Below are positions 24,395 to 37,442 of a stretch of 48,723 nucleotides of DNA, piece after piece. The notes beneath the pieces were generated by a model that saw only the letters and a program-made list of their open reading frames with translations, made no database searches and was not told the DNA's origin. This DNA comes from Squalus acanthias (Eukaryota): positions 6,698,001 to 6,746,723 of the forward strand of contig JASTWF010000033.1 of assembly GCA_030390025.1 (NCBI GenBank), given 5' to 3'. Each line of letters opens with the position of its first letter. Position 1 is the stretch's first letter. Both the position numbers and the translations under genes were made by a program.

Positions 24395-24647
24395 AATGAG
24401 GAGATTAACTGTTTTAGAGTCTTTGGTTGAGTGATAAATAATGGGCAGTACAATGGGGAGAAATCCTCGTTCTTTTCGACATATTCTCATGGCATCTGAC
24501 GCCTCGGTTTAACGTCTTGTCAGAAAGACGGCACCGCCGACAGTGCAGCTCTCAATCAGTACTGCTTTGGAGTGTCAGCCTGGATTATGTGTTCAAGTCT
24601 CTGGAGTGGGGTTTGAGTTTACTACCGCTGAGCCACGGCTGACACCT
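24395..24647 (-). mobile_element. Deu-domain SINE, 5' part with tRNA-like head (second copy ~30960-31212)
   Basis: Minus strand: GGTGTCAGCCGTGGCTCAGCGGTAG..GCTGCACTGTCGGCGGTGCCGTCTTTC..GACGTTAAACCGAGG. Confidence 0.78.
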
Positions 24648-25019
24648 AAACTCAGTTCATTCGGCTGGAGTGAAATGACGGAGATAAAGGGAAAAATGAT
24701 AGTCGAGTAAAACATCAACTTGGCGCCCAAGAATAAACCGGGCATCGTAATCGGCCGCCTGTCATATAAACCGCCCGATTTATGCTGCCATCGATTTCAT
24801 AAGGAATGTAAATCAGTCCGTTTCTATAATGGGCGGTCGATTTAAGAACGGATGTGCTGTTCGACCAGGATTATTCTGTGTCTGTTTAAAACGGATGGCC
24901 TGTCATTGGGTATTAATGTTCCTGTTTAACACGGGGATGTTGTCGCTCCCGGATCATTCTCTGTCTATTTAAATCGGGGAAGCACATTCTCTGTCTGTGT
25001 TTGTTTCAAAGAAACGCGA

Positions 25020-25860
25020 TTTGAGCTGTGCTGACCGAACAGGGAGTCTCAAACTCCCCCTGAGTGCTATTGAGCCTCATAGAGCAGGAATGGTCTCGGC
25101 TGCATTCCAGGCTTGTGCTATGTTAGTTTATCTCACTCGGTGTGGGACTGAACCGCACACAAAGCAGGATGGGCCCAGGAGCCAACCCCAGTCTGAGCTG
25201 AATTAACTGACCTCAGCCGGTGTGGTACTGAGCCCCACAGAACAGGAAATTCCCAGGCTTCATTCCCGCCCTGTGCTGAGATTGATTATCTCACAAATAG
25301 TAGGAAGGGCCGAGTTTCCAGCACGGGCCTGTGCTGCATTAGCTGATCTCACCCAGCATGATATTGAGCCGCACAAAGCAGGTTGGGTCCAGGCTTCATC
25401 ACCGGCCTGTGAGATGTTACTTCACCTCACTCGTGTGGTACTGAGCCACACAGAGCAGGAAGGGCAGAGGATTTATTCCCGGCCTGTGGGATGTTACTTC
25501 AAATCACTAACATGATACTGAGCCACACAGAGCAGGAAGGGCAAAGGATTTATTCCCGGCCTGTGGGATGTTACTTCACCTCACACGTGTGGTACTGAGC
25601 CACACAGAGCAGGAAGGGCAGAGGATTTATTCCCGACCTGTGGGATGTTACTTCATCTCACTAGCATGATACTGAGCCACACAGAGCAGGAAGGGCAGAG
25701 GATTTATTCCCGACCTGTGGGATGTTACTTCACCTCACTAACATGATACTGAGCGACACAGAGCAGGAAGGGCACAGGATTTATTCCCAACCTGTGGGAT
25801 GTTACTTCACCTCACTCGTGTGGTACTGAGCCACACAGAGCAGGAAGGGCAAAGGATTTC
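25020..25860 (+). repeat. 77-bp tandem repeat, ~11 units (last ~6 homogeneous)
   Basis: CTGAGC(C/G)ACACAGAGCAGGAAGGGC at 25441, 25518, 25595, 25672, 25749 and 25826; diverged units upstream. Confidence 0.93.
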
Positions 25861-26286
25861 AGGGAAGGTGTTGTCTGTGGTTAATTAGGATATGTTTGTT
25901 TCTGTGTAGTTGATGCTAAAAATGTGAAAGGATCTGTCAGGTTCTCTGTAGTTGCTATTTGGACCGGTGTAGGAGCTGTCTGGGACTATGTAGTAGCTGT
26001 GCTGTGGGAAAAAACACCATTGAAGTCACTTATAGTCCACGATACGATAATTCTTTAATACAAGCATGCAGGGGAAAGCTTTCGGTAACCCGAAATCTCT
26101 CAACTTTACAGTAGTTATGGCAAAGTATACATAATCCCATTAACCCTGTGCTACCCACATCAAGTTGGCTACGTCTGCCTAGGAGTATCAGGGTTTATGT
26201 AAAAATGTCTGGGTCGTGTAGAAGCAGTATTCGTCTGTGCAGTAGCTGTCTGGGTCTGTGTAGCAGCCGTCTGAGACTGGCTCAGT

Positions 26287-26455
26287 GCAAAGCGCTTTCC
26301 AGCCACTGAAGTACTTTTATACATCACTGATATAATGTAGGAAACGCGGCAGCCAATTTGCGCACAGCAAGCTGCCACAAACAGCAGTGAGATAAGGACC
26401 AGATAATCTGATTTTGTTGAGTTCATTGAGGGATAAATATTGCCCAGGATGATTG
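26287..26455 (-). mobile_element. Deu-domain SINE 3' fragment (second copy ~32853-33021)
   Basis: AATGTAGGAAACGCGGCAGCCAATTTGCGCACAGCAAGCT; reverse-complement match to 13760-13935. Confidence 0.78.
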
Positions 26456-27409
26456 CCGTCCCAATCTTATTCCGTTTGCAGACAGTCATTAAGGTAAATA
26501 ATGATGGAGACTGGGGAGGACCCATTTTTCACAGCTACCCGCGCTGATCACAAGATCCTCACCCGTGAGGAAGGCTATTCAGCCCATTCTAATTCAGCCC
26601 TCCAGAACAACCCTAGTCTTCACACCATTGCTTAATCCAATTGTATCCGAAATCATTCCAAGGCTTTCACCACCATCGCTCTGCCTGGAGTCCATTCTAA
26701 GTTTTGATCACTTTCTTGATATCAGTCCTAAGTAGTTCACTTTTACTTTTGAGCCTGTTCCAGCTTGTTCTTTCCCCCACAAAGTAATTTAAACTAATAT
26801 TCCACGCATGTTACTAACTTGTATATCTCTGTAATAACATGTCACAGATGCCTGCGTTCTAGGCTGAAATATCCAAGGTGTCGATTTTAACTTCCATCGG
26901 GTAAAATCCCTCCCCGCGTGTATGTTTGTTCGACAGGATCGGATTGTGTCTGGTCCTGCTGCTCCCTCCTCTGGCAGCTATGCTGTATTGCACCACCTGG
27001 TAGTGCTGCTCCCACCTCTGGCCGCTGCGCGGTATTGCATCACCTGCTCCCTCTGCTGGCTGCTGCGCAGTACTGCTGTGTATGGTTGAGCCTGGAACAA
27101 CTTCGAGCTCCTCTGCTTCTAGCTGTTTCACAACTGGAAGAGGAGAATGAAGAGTGGAGTTGCATCGTGAGGAGCGGACCTCCCAGAATAGCAGGAGTGA
27201 AAAGACGATTTCTTGATCCAGTCTGCTGACAGCTAATGTAGGGTAAGTCATCCACGGTTCCGAGCGACGGCCAAAAAAGAAGAATGTAGGGTCAAGTTAA
27301 ATGAGAAGGAAGAGAACCGAATACAGGAACATAGGAACGAGAGCAGTCCCTACAGCCCGCTACCTGCTCCGACACTCAGTTAGGTCATAGCTGATCTGCA
27401 CCTCACCTA

Positions 27410-28937
27410 CATTTTTCATTCGCAACAAGGTGGATGAATTAATGGCACTAATAGAAATAAATGGGTTTGATGTAATTGCCATTACCGAGACATGGTTGCA
27501 GGGTAAACAAAGCTGGGAACTGAATGTTCGAGGGTACTCAACATTTCGGAAGGACAGACAAAAAGGAAAAGGAGGTGGCGCAGTGCTGTTAATAAGGGAT
27601 GAGATCGATACGGTAGAGATAAAAGTTCTTGGCTCGGCAGATCGTGATGTAGAACTGGAAACAGTTTGGGTGGAGCTAAGAAACAGCAAAGTGCGGAAAA
27701 CACTGGTGGGAGTTGTGTGTAGGCCACCAAACAGTAATGGTAATGCAGGGCACAGTATCAATCAAGAGATTAGAAGTGCATGTAACAAGGGCAATACGGT
27801 GATCATGGAGGACTTTAATCTACATTTTGACTGGGCAAATCAAATTACCACGAATGGTAATGGAGGACGAATTATTGGAATACATGCGAGATGGCTTCCT
27901 GGATCAGTATGTGGAGGAACCAACCAGGGAACAGGCTATTCTGGATCTGGTACTGTGTAATGAGAAAGGGCTAATCAATAATCTTGTGGTAAAGGGGCCT
28001 TTCGGGACAAGTGACCATAATATGATTACATTTTACATTAAGTTTGAGAGTGATGTAGTCCAATCTGAAACTTAAGATCTTCAATCTAAACAGAGGAAAC
28101 TACAAGGGTATGAGGGACATGTTGGCCATGGTAGATTGGGAGACTACACTAAAAGGTATCAATGTGGACATACAATGGCTAACATTTAAGGAAATAATGC
28201 ATAATTTGCAACAAAAATATAATCATCTAGGGCATAAAAACCCAAAAGGAAAAGTGATCCAACCATGGCTAACAAAATAAAATAAAGCTAGATTTAAGTC
28301 AAAGGAGGAAACTTATAAATTTGCCAGAAAAAGCGGTCAGCCTGAGGATTGGGATCTTTATAGAAATCAGCAAAGGGGGAAAAATAAGTTGATAAAGAAA
28401 GGGAAAATGGAATATGAGCACAAACTAGCGAAAAATATAAAAACGGATTTTAAAAGCTTCTATAGGTATGTGAAAAGGATCAGACTGACGAAGGTAAATG
28501 TAGGTCCTTCACAGTCAGAGACGGGAGAATTTATAATGGGGAATGAGGAAATGGCATGGAAAGGAAATAAATACTTTGTTTCTGTCTTCACGGAGGAAGA
28601 CAGAAAAAACCTCCCAAAAATACGAGAAAAGCAAGGGTGTGACAAGAGTGAAGAACTTAAAGAAATTATTATTAGTAAAACAAACAGTACTAGCAAAATT
28701 AATGGGACTAAAAGTCGATAAATCCCAAGAACCGGATGACCTACATCCTAAAGTGTTGAAAGAGGTGGCCATTGGGATAGTGGACGCATTGGTTGTCTTC
28801 TTCCAAAATTCTATAGATTCTGGAATGGTTCCTGCAGATTGGAGGATAGCAAATGTAACCCCGCTACTTAAGAAAGGAGGGAGGGAGAAAATGGGGAACT
28901 ACAGACCTGCTAGTCTCACATCAGTAGTTGGGAGAAC
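27410..28937 (+). mobile_element. CR1 ORF2 fragment (APE to RT N-terminus), copy 1
   Basis: IAITETWL, LDLVLCNE..SDHNMI and WRIANVTPL.KKG..NYRP. Confidence 0.92.
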
Positions 28938-28949
28938 GCTCGGGTGCGC

Positions 28950-29022
28950 AGAAGGCGGGCAGTGGTCCGCACGTTTCGCACTAACACGGGAAAATTCCCC
29001 GGTTCGAGACCGAGTGGAAACA
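28950..29022 (+). pseudogene. tRNA-Val(AAC) pseudogene with 5' end degraded, copy 1
   Basis: AGTGGT..CACGTTTCGCA CTAACAC GGGAAAATTCCCCGGTTCGAGACCGAGTGGAAACA then TTTT; resembles vertebrate Val-AAC (CTAACACGCGAAAGGTCCCCGGTTCGAAACCGGGCGGAAACA). Confidence 0.8.
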
Positions 29023-29639
29023 TTTTGAAAACTCGTTCAATTAAATAGTAGAAAATGGAACAATTCGCATTCGTTGTTCAATGTATAAAGTCCTGTTACA
29101 TTTGCTGTTTTCTGTGCAGTTCACTACACACTCAAAACTCTACCGTGTCTCTCACTCCCTCACGTTTCCAGCCCTGACCGGGCAGAAAGCCCCTCTCAAA
29201 GCTACACATTCCGGCTGCTTTCAGTTGATTTGTGAGAGATTATTAAAGGATCCTTCAGCGCTGCCTCGGTTCACTTGAGCAGATCTAAGCCGCGTTTCTG
29301 CAAACTACGAACCATGTTCTCCAGAATTCCAAGGTGTATAAGGAACTCAACCATCAAATCCCTTTCATTAACAACAGGGGTTCAGGCAATCTTCTGATCG
29401 CAAAGCGCTTTAGTCCTTGTCAACATCTCTTGTATAGTTCCCGTTGTTTCCCTTTTCTGTCTGTCTCTCTGGCTCTGTTTATTCTGTGCGTGGCCACCTG
29501 CGGGGTGATTTTGAGCGAATACCTGTGTTTTTGTCTGCTTGTTACTTTAAACAAATCAGGGAATCAGGCGCTTCTGTGCATCATTCTGGGGATGATGCGG
29601 AGATTCTGGGGAATCAGTGAGACAGGCTTTAAAGCAATG

Positions 29640-30027
29640 ACTGGTTACTCTATCCCCATTCTCAATGTTGGCGGAGCGCAGCACGTTAGTGCAAAAGCCA
29701 AGGCTGAAATACTTAAAACCACCTTTAGCCAGAAGTGCAGAGTGGATGATCAATCTCGGCCCCCTCCAGAGGTCCTCACCATCACAGAAGCCAGTTTCCA
29801 GCTAATTCGACTCATTCCATGTGATATCAAGAAAAGACTGAGCTCACTGGGGACAGCAAAGGCTATAGGTCCCGACAACATCCGGGCTATCGTGCTGAAG
29901 ACTTGTGCTCCAGCCGCGCCTCTAGCCAAGCTGTTCCAGTACAGCTACAACACTGGCATCTATCTGACAATGTGTAAAACTTCTCAGGTATATCCTGTCG
30001 ACAATAAGCAGGACAAATCCATTCCGT
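29640..30027 (+). mobile_element. LINE ORF2 fragment truncated at the duplication junction
   Basis: IPILNVGGAQHVSAKAKAE..KAIGPDNI..LAKLFQYSYNTG; cut at 30027, whereas copy 2 continues. Confidence 0.85.
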
Positions 30028-30795
30028 AATGTGATCACCGTGAGCATCAATGGTGTCCACCAGCTCCCACATATTGCAGCAGTAACATATCACCTGCTCT
30101 CCCATTCTATGCAATTAATTAAATGTATTAATATTTTTTAAATACCCTCTGCCCCGCCTGATGAATATCACACCTTAGAAACTATAAACCACAGAGAGAA
30201 ATACTCACCAACCAATTACTTACCAGCTTTCTGGTGATGTCACACCTCGATTATTTTTACCTCTCTCCCTCCCTCCGAGTTCGGAGACTGGTCCCGCCTT
30301 ACCTGGTCTCTGGAGCCTTTTAAAACCTCTGCCACCGCCTCGTCTCACGCAGGTCCGCCGCCGCACCAGGAAGCTGACAAAGATAGAAAAAGGAAGGAAC
30401 ACCTCCCTCCCCTCACTCCCTCACTCACTCACTCACTCACTCACTCACCAAACTCGCAGCTTAACAATCTGTTCTAATCTGCACTCCGTGACCAACTGCA
30501 CTCTAGTCTCCCTTATTTATACTGCTGAGATTTAAATAAGTGAGCTCTCTGGCAGTTACAGAACCCGATTAGACCAGTTTATTAATTAATTACTCTCACC
30601 TGCTCTCCATCACAGAGCATGCTTAGCCCTGCCCAAACCTGGAAGAAACTTAAAACTTGAAACAGTAAATTTAAATGCTAATTGCAAGCACACAAAACTA
30701 GAATTTATAAAAATAAGAGATTAACCTTTAAGATTTACTCCCTCACTCACCAAACTCGCAGCTTAACACTCTGTTCCAATCTGTAACTCGTTGAA
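30028..30795 (-). mobile_element. Duplicated CR1 5'UTR and ORF1 start, truncated at the junction
   Basis: MGEQVICYCCNMWELVDTIDAHGDHI, then a switch into unrelated sequence. Confidence 0.9.
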
Positions 30796-31584
30796 TAAAC
30801 CTGGATCGCAAATCAGTGACTGGAATTTCCCTTCCTTCTTCCTTCCTCTTTGTGATTGGCACCGAAATATAGACTAGCGGGAAAACAAATGATTAGGGAG
30901 CAGAAAAATAACTTTATCGTTTAGGAAGAAATAGAATTTCAAACATATTTATCAACCTTAATGAGGAGATTAACTGTTTTAGAGTCTTTGTTTGAGTGAT
31001 AAATAATGGGCAGTACAATGGGGAGAAATCCTCGTTCTTTTCGACATATTCTCATGGCATCTGACGCCTCGGTTTAACGTCTTGTCAGAAAGACGGCACC
31101 GCCGACAGTGCAGCTCTCAATCAGTACTGCTTTGGAGTGTCAGCCTGGATTATGTGTTCAAGTCTCTGGAGTGGGGTTTGAGTTTACTACCGCTGAGCCA
31201 CGGCTGACACCTAAACTCAGTTCATTCGGCTGGAGTGAAATGACGGAGATAAAGGGAAAAATGATAGTCGAGTAAAACATCAACTTGGCGCCCAAGAATA
31301 AACCGGGCATCGTAATCGGCCGCCTGTCATATAAACAGCCCGATTTATGCTGCCATCGATTTCATAAGGATTGTAAATCAGTCCGTTTCTATAATGGGCG
31401 GTCGATTTAAGAACGGATGTGCTGTTCGACCAGGATTATTCTGTGTCTGTTTAAAACGGATGGCCTGTCATTGGGTATTAATGTTCCTGTTTAACACGGG
31501 GATGTTGTCGCTCCCGGATCATTCTCTGTCTATTTAAATCGGGGAAGCACATTCTCTGTCTGTGTTTGTTTCAAAGAAACGCGA

Positions 31585-32426
31585 TTTGAGCTGTGCTGAC
31601 CGAACAGGGAGTCTCAAACTCCCCCTGAGTGCTATTGAGCCTCATAGAGCAGGAATGGTCTCGGCTGCATTCCAGGCTTGTGCAATGTTAGTTTATCTCA
31701 CTCGGTGTGGGACTGAACCGCACACAAAGCAGGATGGGCCCAGGAGCCAACCCCAGTCTGAGCTGAATTAACTGACCTCAGCCGGTGTGGTACTGAGCCC
31801 CACAGAACAGGAAATTCCCAGGCTTTAATTCCCGCCCTGTGCTGAGATTGATTATCTCACAAATAGTAGGAAGGGCCGAGTTTCCAGCACGGGCCTGTGC
31901 TGCATTAGCTGATCTCACCCAGCATGATATTGAGCCGCACAAAGCAGGTTGGGTCCAGGCTTCATCACCGGCCTGTGGGATGTTACTTCATCTCACTCGT
32001 GTGGTACTGAGCCACACAGAGCAGGAAGGGCAGAGGATTTATTCCCGGCCTGTGGGATGTTACTTCAAATCACTAACATGATACTGAGCCACACAGAGCA
32101 GGAAGGGCAAAGGATTTATTCCCGGCCTGTGGGATGTTACTTCACCTCACACGTGTGGTACTGAGCCACACAGAGCAGGAAGGGCAGAGGATTTATTCCC
32201 GACCTGTGGGATGTTACTTCATCTCACTAGCATGATACTGAGCCACACAGAACAGGAAGGGCAGAGGATTTATTCCCGACCTGTGGGATGTTACTTCACC
32301 TCACTAACATGATACTGAGCCACACAGAGCAGGAAGGGCACAGGATTTATTCCCAACCTGTGGGATGTTACTTCACCTCACTCGTGTGGTACTGAGCCAC
32401 ACAGAGCAGGAAGGGCAAAGGATTTC
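31585..32426 (+). repeat. 77-bp tandem repeat, copy 2
   Basis: Same array as 25020-25860. Confidence 0.93.
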
Positions 32427-33973
32427 AGGGAAGGTGTTGTCTGTGGTTAATTAGGATATGTTTGTTTCTGTGTAGTTGATGCTAAAAATGTGAAAGGATC
32501 TGTCAGGTTCTCTGTAGTTGCTATTTGGACCGGTGTAGGAGCTGTCTGGGACTATGTAGGAGCTGTGCTGTGGGAAAAAACACCATTGAAGTCACTTATA
32601 GTCCACGATACGATAATTCTTTAATACAAGCATGCAGAGGAAAGCTTTCGGCAACCCGAAATCTCTCAACTTTACAGTAGTTATGGCAATGTATACATAA
32701 TCCCATTAACCCTGTGCTACCCACATCAAGTTGGCTACGTCTGCCTAGGAGTATCAGAGTTTATGTAAAAATGTCTGGGTCGTGTAGAAGCAGTATTCGT
32801 CTGTGCAGTAGCTGTCTGGGTCTGTGTAGCAGCCGTCTGAGACTGGCTCAGTGCAAAGCGCTTTCCAGCCACTGAAGTACTTTTATACATCACTGATATA
32901 ATGTAGGAAACGCGGCAGCCAATTTGCGCACAGCAAGCTGCCACAAACAGCAGTGAGATAAGGACCAGATAATCTGATTTTGTTGAGTTCATTGAGGGAT
33001 AAATTTTGCCCAGGATGATTGCCGTCCCAATCTTATTCCGTTTGCAGACAGTCATTAAGGTAAATAATGATGGAGACTGGGGAGGACCCATTTTTCACAG
33101 CTACCCGCGCTGATCACAAGATCCTCAGCCGTGAGGAAGGCTATTCAGCCCATTCTAATTCAGCCCTCCAGAACAACCTAGTCTTCACACCATTGCTTAA
33201 TCCAATTGTATCCGAAATCATTCCAAGGCTTTCACCACCATCGCTCTGCCTGGAGTCCATTCTACGTTTTGATCACTTTCTTGATATCAGTCCTAAGTAG
33301 TTCACTTTTACTTTTGAGCCTGTTCCAGCTTGTTCTTTCCCCCACAAAGTAATTTAAACTAATATTCCACGCATGTTACTAACTTGTATATCTCTGTAAT
33401 AACATGTCACAGATGCCTGCGTTCTAGGCTGAAATATCCAAGATGTCGATTTTAACTTCCATCGGGTAAAATCCCTCCCCGCGTGTATGTTTGTTCGACA
33501 GGATCGGATTGTGTCTGGTCCTGCTGCTCCCCCTCTGGCAGCTATGCTGTATTGCACCACCTGGGAGTGCTGCTCCCACCTCTGGCCGCTGCGCGGTATT
33601 GCATCACCTGCTCCCTCTGCTGGCTGCTGCGCAGTACTGCTGTGTATGGTTGAGCCTGGAACAACTTCGAGCTCCTCTGCTTCTAGCTGTTTCACAACTG
33701 GAAGAGGAGAATGAAGAGTGGAGTTGCATCGTGAGGAGCGGACCTCCCAGAATAGCAGGAGTGAAAAGACGATTTCTTGATCCAGTCTGCTGACAGCTAA
33801 TGTAGGGTAAGTCATCCACGGTTCCGAGCGACGGCCAAAAAAGAAGAATGTAGGGTCAAGTTAAATGAGAAGGAAGAGAACCGAATACAGGAACATAGGA
33901 ACGAGAGCAGTCCCTACAGCCCGCTACCTGCTCCGACACTCAGTTAGGTCATAGCTGATCTGCACCTCACCTA

Positions 33974-35501
33974 CATTTTTCATTCGCAAAAAGGTGGATG
34001 AATTAATGGCACTAATAGAAATAAATGGGTTTGATGTAATTGCCATTACCGAGACATGGTTGCAGGGTAAACAAAGCTGGGAACTGAATGTTCGAGGGTA
34101 CTCAACATTTCGGAAGGACAGACAAAAAGGAAAAGGAGGTGGCGCAGTGCTGTTAATAAGGGATGAGATCGATACGGTAGAGATAAAAGTTCTTGGCTCG
34201 GCAGATCGTGATGTAGAACTGGAAACAGTTTGGGTGGAGCTAAGAAACAGCAAAGTGTGGAAAACACTGGTGGGAGTTGTGTGTAGGCCACCAAACAGTA
34301 ATGGTAATGCAGGGCACAGTATCAATCAAGAGATTAGAAGTGCATGTAACAAGGGCAATACGGTGATCATGGAGGACCTTAATCTACATTTTGACTGGGC
34401 AAATCAAATTACCACGAATGGTAATGGAGGACGAATTATTGGAATACATGCGAGATGGCTTCCTGGATCAGTATGTGGAGGAACCAACCAGGGAACAGGC
34501 TATTCTGGATCTGGTACTGTGTAATGAGAAAGGGCTAATCAATAATCTTGTGGTAAAGGGGCCTTTCGGGACAAGTGACCATAATATGATTACATTTTAC
34601 ATTAAGTTTGATAGTGATGTAGTCCAATCTGAAACTTAAGATCTTCAATCTAAACAGAGGAAACTACAAGGGTATGAGGGACATGTTGGCCATGGTAGAT
34701 TGGGAGACTACACTAAAAGGTATCAATGTGGACATACAATGGCTAACATTTAAGGAAATAATGCATAATTTGCAACAACAATATAATCATCTAGGGCATA
34801 AAAACCCAAAAGGAAAAGTGATCCAACCATGGCTAACAAAATAAAATAAAGCTAGATTTAAGTCAAAGGAGGAAACTTATAAATTTGCCAGAAAAAGCGG
34901 TCAGCCTGAGGATTGGGATCTTTATAGAAATCAGCAAAGGGGGAAAAATAAGTTGATAAAGAAAGGGAAAATGGAATATGAGCACAAACCAGCGAAAAAT
35001 ATAAAAACGGATTTTAAAAGCTTCTATAGGTATGTGAAAAGGATCAGACTGACGAAGGTAAATGTAGGTCCTTCACAGTCAGAGACGGGAGAATTTATAA
35101 TGGGGAATGAGGAAATGGCTGGGAAAGGAAATAAATACTTTGTTTCTGTCTTCACGGAGGAAGACAGAAAAAAAATCCCAAAAATACGAGAAAAACAAGG
35201 GTGTGACAAGAGTGAAGAACTTAAAGAAATTATTATTAGTAAAACAAACAGTACTAGCAAAATTAATGGGACTAAAAGTCGATAAATCCCAAGAACCGGA
35301 TGACCTACATCCTAAAGTGTTGAAAGAGGTGGCCATTGGGATAGTGGACGCATTGGTTGTCTTCTTCCAAAATTCTATAGATTCTGGAATGGTTCCTGCA
35401 GATTGGAGGATAGCAAATGTAACCCCGCTATTTAAGAAAGGAGGGAGGGAGAAAATGGGGAACTACAGACCTGCTAGTCTCACATCATTAGTTGGGAGAA
35501 C
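33974..35501 (+). mobile_element. CR1 ORF2 fragment, copy 2
   Basis: Duplicate of 27410-28937. Confidence 0.92.
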
Positions 35502-35513
35502 ACTCGGGTGCGC

Positions 35514-35586
35514 AGAAGGCGGGCAGTGGTCCGCACGTTTCGCACTAACACGGGAAAATTCCCCGGTTCGAGACCGAGTGGAAACA
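35514..35586 (+). pseudogene. tRNA-Val(AAC) pseudogene, copy 2
   Basis: Same sequence as 28950-29022. Confidence 0.8.
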
Positions 35587-36203
35587 TTTTGAAAACTCGT
35601 TCAATTAAATAGTAGAAAATGGAACAATTCGCATTCGTTGTTCAATGTATAAAGTCCTGTTACATTTGCTGTTTTCTGTGCAGTTCACTACACACTCAAA
35701 ACTCTACCGTGTCTCTCACTCCCTCACGTTTCCAGCCCTGACCGGGCAGAAAGCCCCTCTCAAAGCTACACATTCCGGCTGCTTTCAGTTGATTTGTGAG
35801 AGATTATTAAAGGATCCTTCTGCGCTGCCTCGGTTCACTTGAGCAGATCTAAGCCGCGTTTCTGCAAACTACGAACCATGTTCTCCAGAATTCCAAGGTG
35901 TATAAGGAACTCAACCAACAAATCCCTTTCATTAACAACAGGGGTTCAGGCAATCTTCTGATCGCAAAGCGCTTTAGTCCTTGTCAACATCTCTTGTATA
36001 GTTCCCGTTGTTTCCCTTTTCTGTCTGTCTCTCTGGCTCTGTTTATTCTGTGCGTGGCCACCTGCGGGGTGATTTTGAGCGAATACCTGTGTTTTTGTCT
36101 GCTTGTTACTTTAAACAAATCAGGGAATCAGGCGCTTCTGTGCATCATTCTGGGGATGATGCGGAGATTCTGGGGAATCAGTGAGACAGGCTTTAAAGCA
36201 ATG

Positions 36204-37345
36204 ACTGGTTACTCTATCCCCATTCTCAATGTTGGCGGAGCGCAGCACGTTAGTGCAAAAGCCAAGGCTGAAATACTTAAAACCACCTTTAGCCAGAAGT
36301 GCAGAGTGGATGATCAATCTCGGCCCCCTCCAGAGGTCCTCACCATCACATAAGCCAGTTTCCAGCTAATTCGACTCATTCCATGTGATATCAAGAAAAG
36401 ACTGAGCTCACTGGGGACAGCAAAGGCTATAGGTCCCGACAACATCCGGGCTATCGTGCTGAAGACTTGTGCTCCAGAACTAGCCGCGCCTCTAGCCAAG
36501 CTGTTCCAGTACAGCTACAACACTGGCATCTATCTGACAATGTGTAAAACTTCTCAGGTATATCCTGTCGGCAATAAGCAGGACAAATCCATTCCGTACA
36601 AATACCGCCCCATTAGTCTACTCTCAAACATCAGCAAATTGCTGGAAGGTGTCCTCAACATTGATATCAAGCTGTAGTTATTCCCCAATAACCTGCTCAC
36701 CGTTGCTCAGTTTGGGTTCCGCCAGGACCACTCAGCTCCAGACCTCATTGCAGCCTTGGTCTAAACATGGACAAAAGAGCTGAATTCCAGAGATCATGTC
36801 AGAGTGACTGCCCTTGACATCAAGGCAACATTTAACTGAGTGTGGCATCAAGGAGTCCTCGTCAAATTGAATTCAATGGGAGTCGGGGGGTGGGGGTGCG
36901 GGTGGTGGGGAGCTGGTGGGCGGTGGTGAAACTCTCCACTGGCTGAAGTCATAACTAGCACAAGGGAAAATTATTGTCGTTGTTGGAGGTCAATCATCTC
37001 AGCCCCTGGATATCGCTGTACGAGTTCCTCAGGAGAGTGTCCGAGGACAAACCATCTTCAGCTGCTTCATCAATGACATTCCCTCCATCATAAGGTCAGA
37101 AGTGAGGATGTTCGCTGATGATTGCACAGAGTTAAGTTCCATTCGCAACTCTTCATATAATGAAGATGTCCATTCCCGCATGCAGCAAGACCTGGATGAC
37201 ATTCAGGCTTGGGCTGATAAATGGCAAGTAACATTCGCGCCACACAAGTGTCAGTCAATGAATATCAACAACAAGCGAGAGTCTAACCACCGCCCCTTGT
37301 CATTCAATGGCATTACCGTCACGGAATCTCCCACCATCAGCATTC
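36204..37345 (+). mobile_element. LINE ORF2 RT region (CR1/L2 clade), decayed
   Basis: YRPISLLSNISK, QFGFR, ALDIK, MFADD and WQVTFAPHKC. Confidence 0.9.
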
Positions 37346-37370
37346 CAACAAGGCAATAAAGCTTTAACAT

Positions 37371-37442
37371 ATCCAGCTAGCTCAGTCGATAGTGTGGTGC
37401 GATTTTTAATTTCAGTGATGTGGTTCGAAAGCCACGTGGAAC
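37371..37442 (+). pseudogene. Heavily degenerate tRNA-Lys-like pseudogene
   Basis: CCAGCTAGCTCAGTCGATAG (A box) .. TTTTAAT .. GTGGTTCGAAAGCCACG (B box); aligns to 39893-39965. Confidence 0.65.

Larger units (their letters stand above)
23464..30027 (+). repeat. Tandem segmental duplication, copy 1 (6564 bp)
   Basis: Sequence and ORF track recur at an offset of 6564-6570 with few substitutions or indels. Confidence 0.95.
30028..36597 (+). repeat. Tandem segmental duplication, copy 2 (6570 bp)
   Basis: The junction ATTCCGT-A-ATGTGATC joins the end of the unit (cf. 36591 ATTCCGTACA) to its start (cf. 23461 GCAAATGTGATC). Confidence 0.95.

Noticed and set aside
25020..25860. CRISPR-like repeat-spacer array (also considered for 631-975 and 9061-9390)
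   Set aside because: Whole units are homologous with no unique spacers, there are no cas genes, and the context is vertebrate
29334..30029. 231-aa ORF with a hydrophobic N-terminal part fused to LINE sequence
   Set aside because: Non-ATG start; the C-terminal half is LINE ORF2; copy 2 has a stop at ~36351; no sign of a real gene
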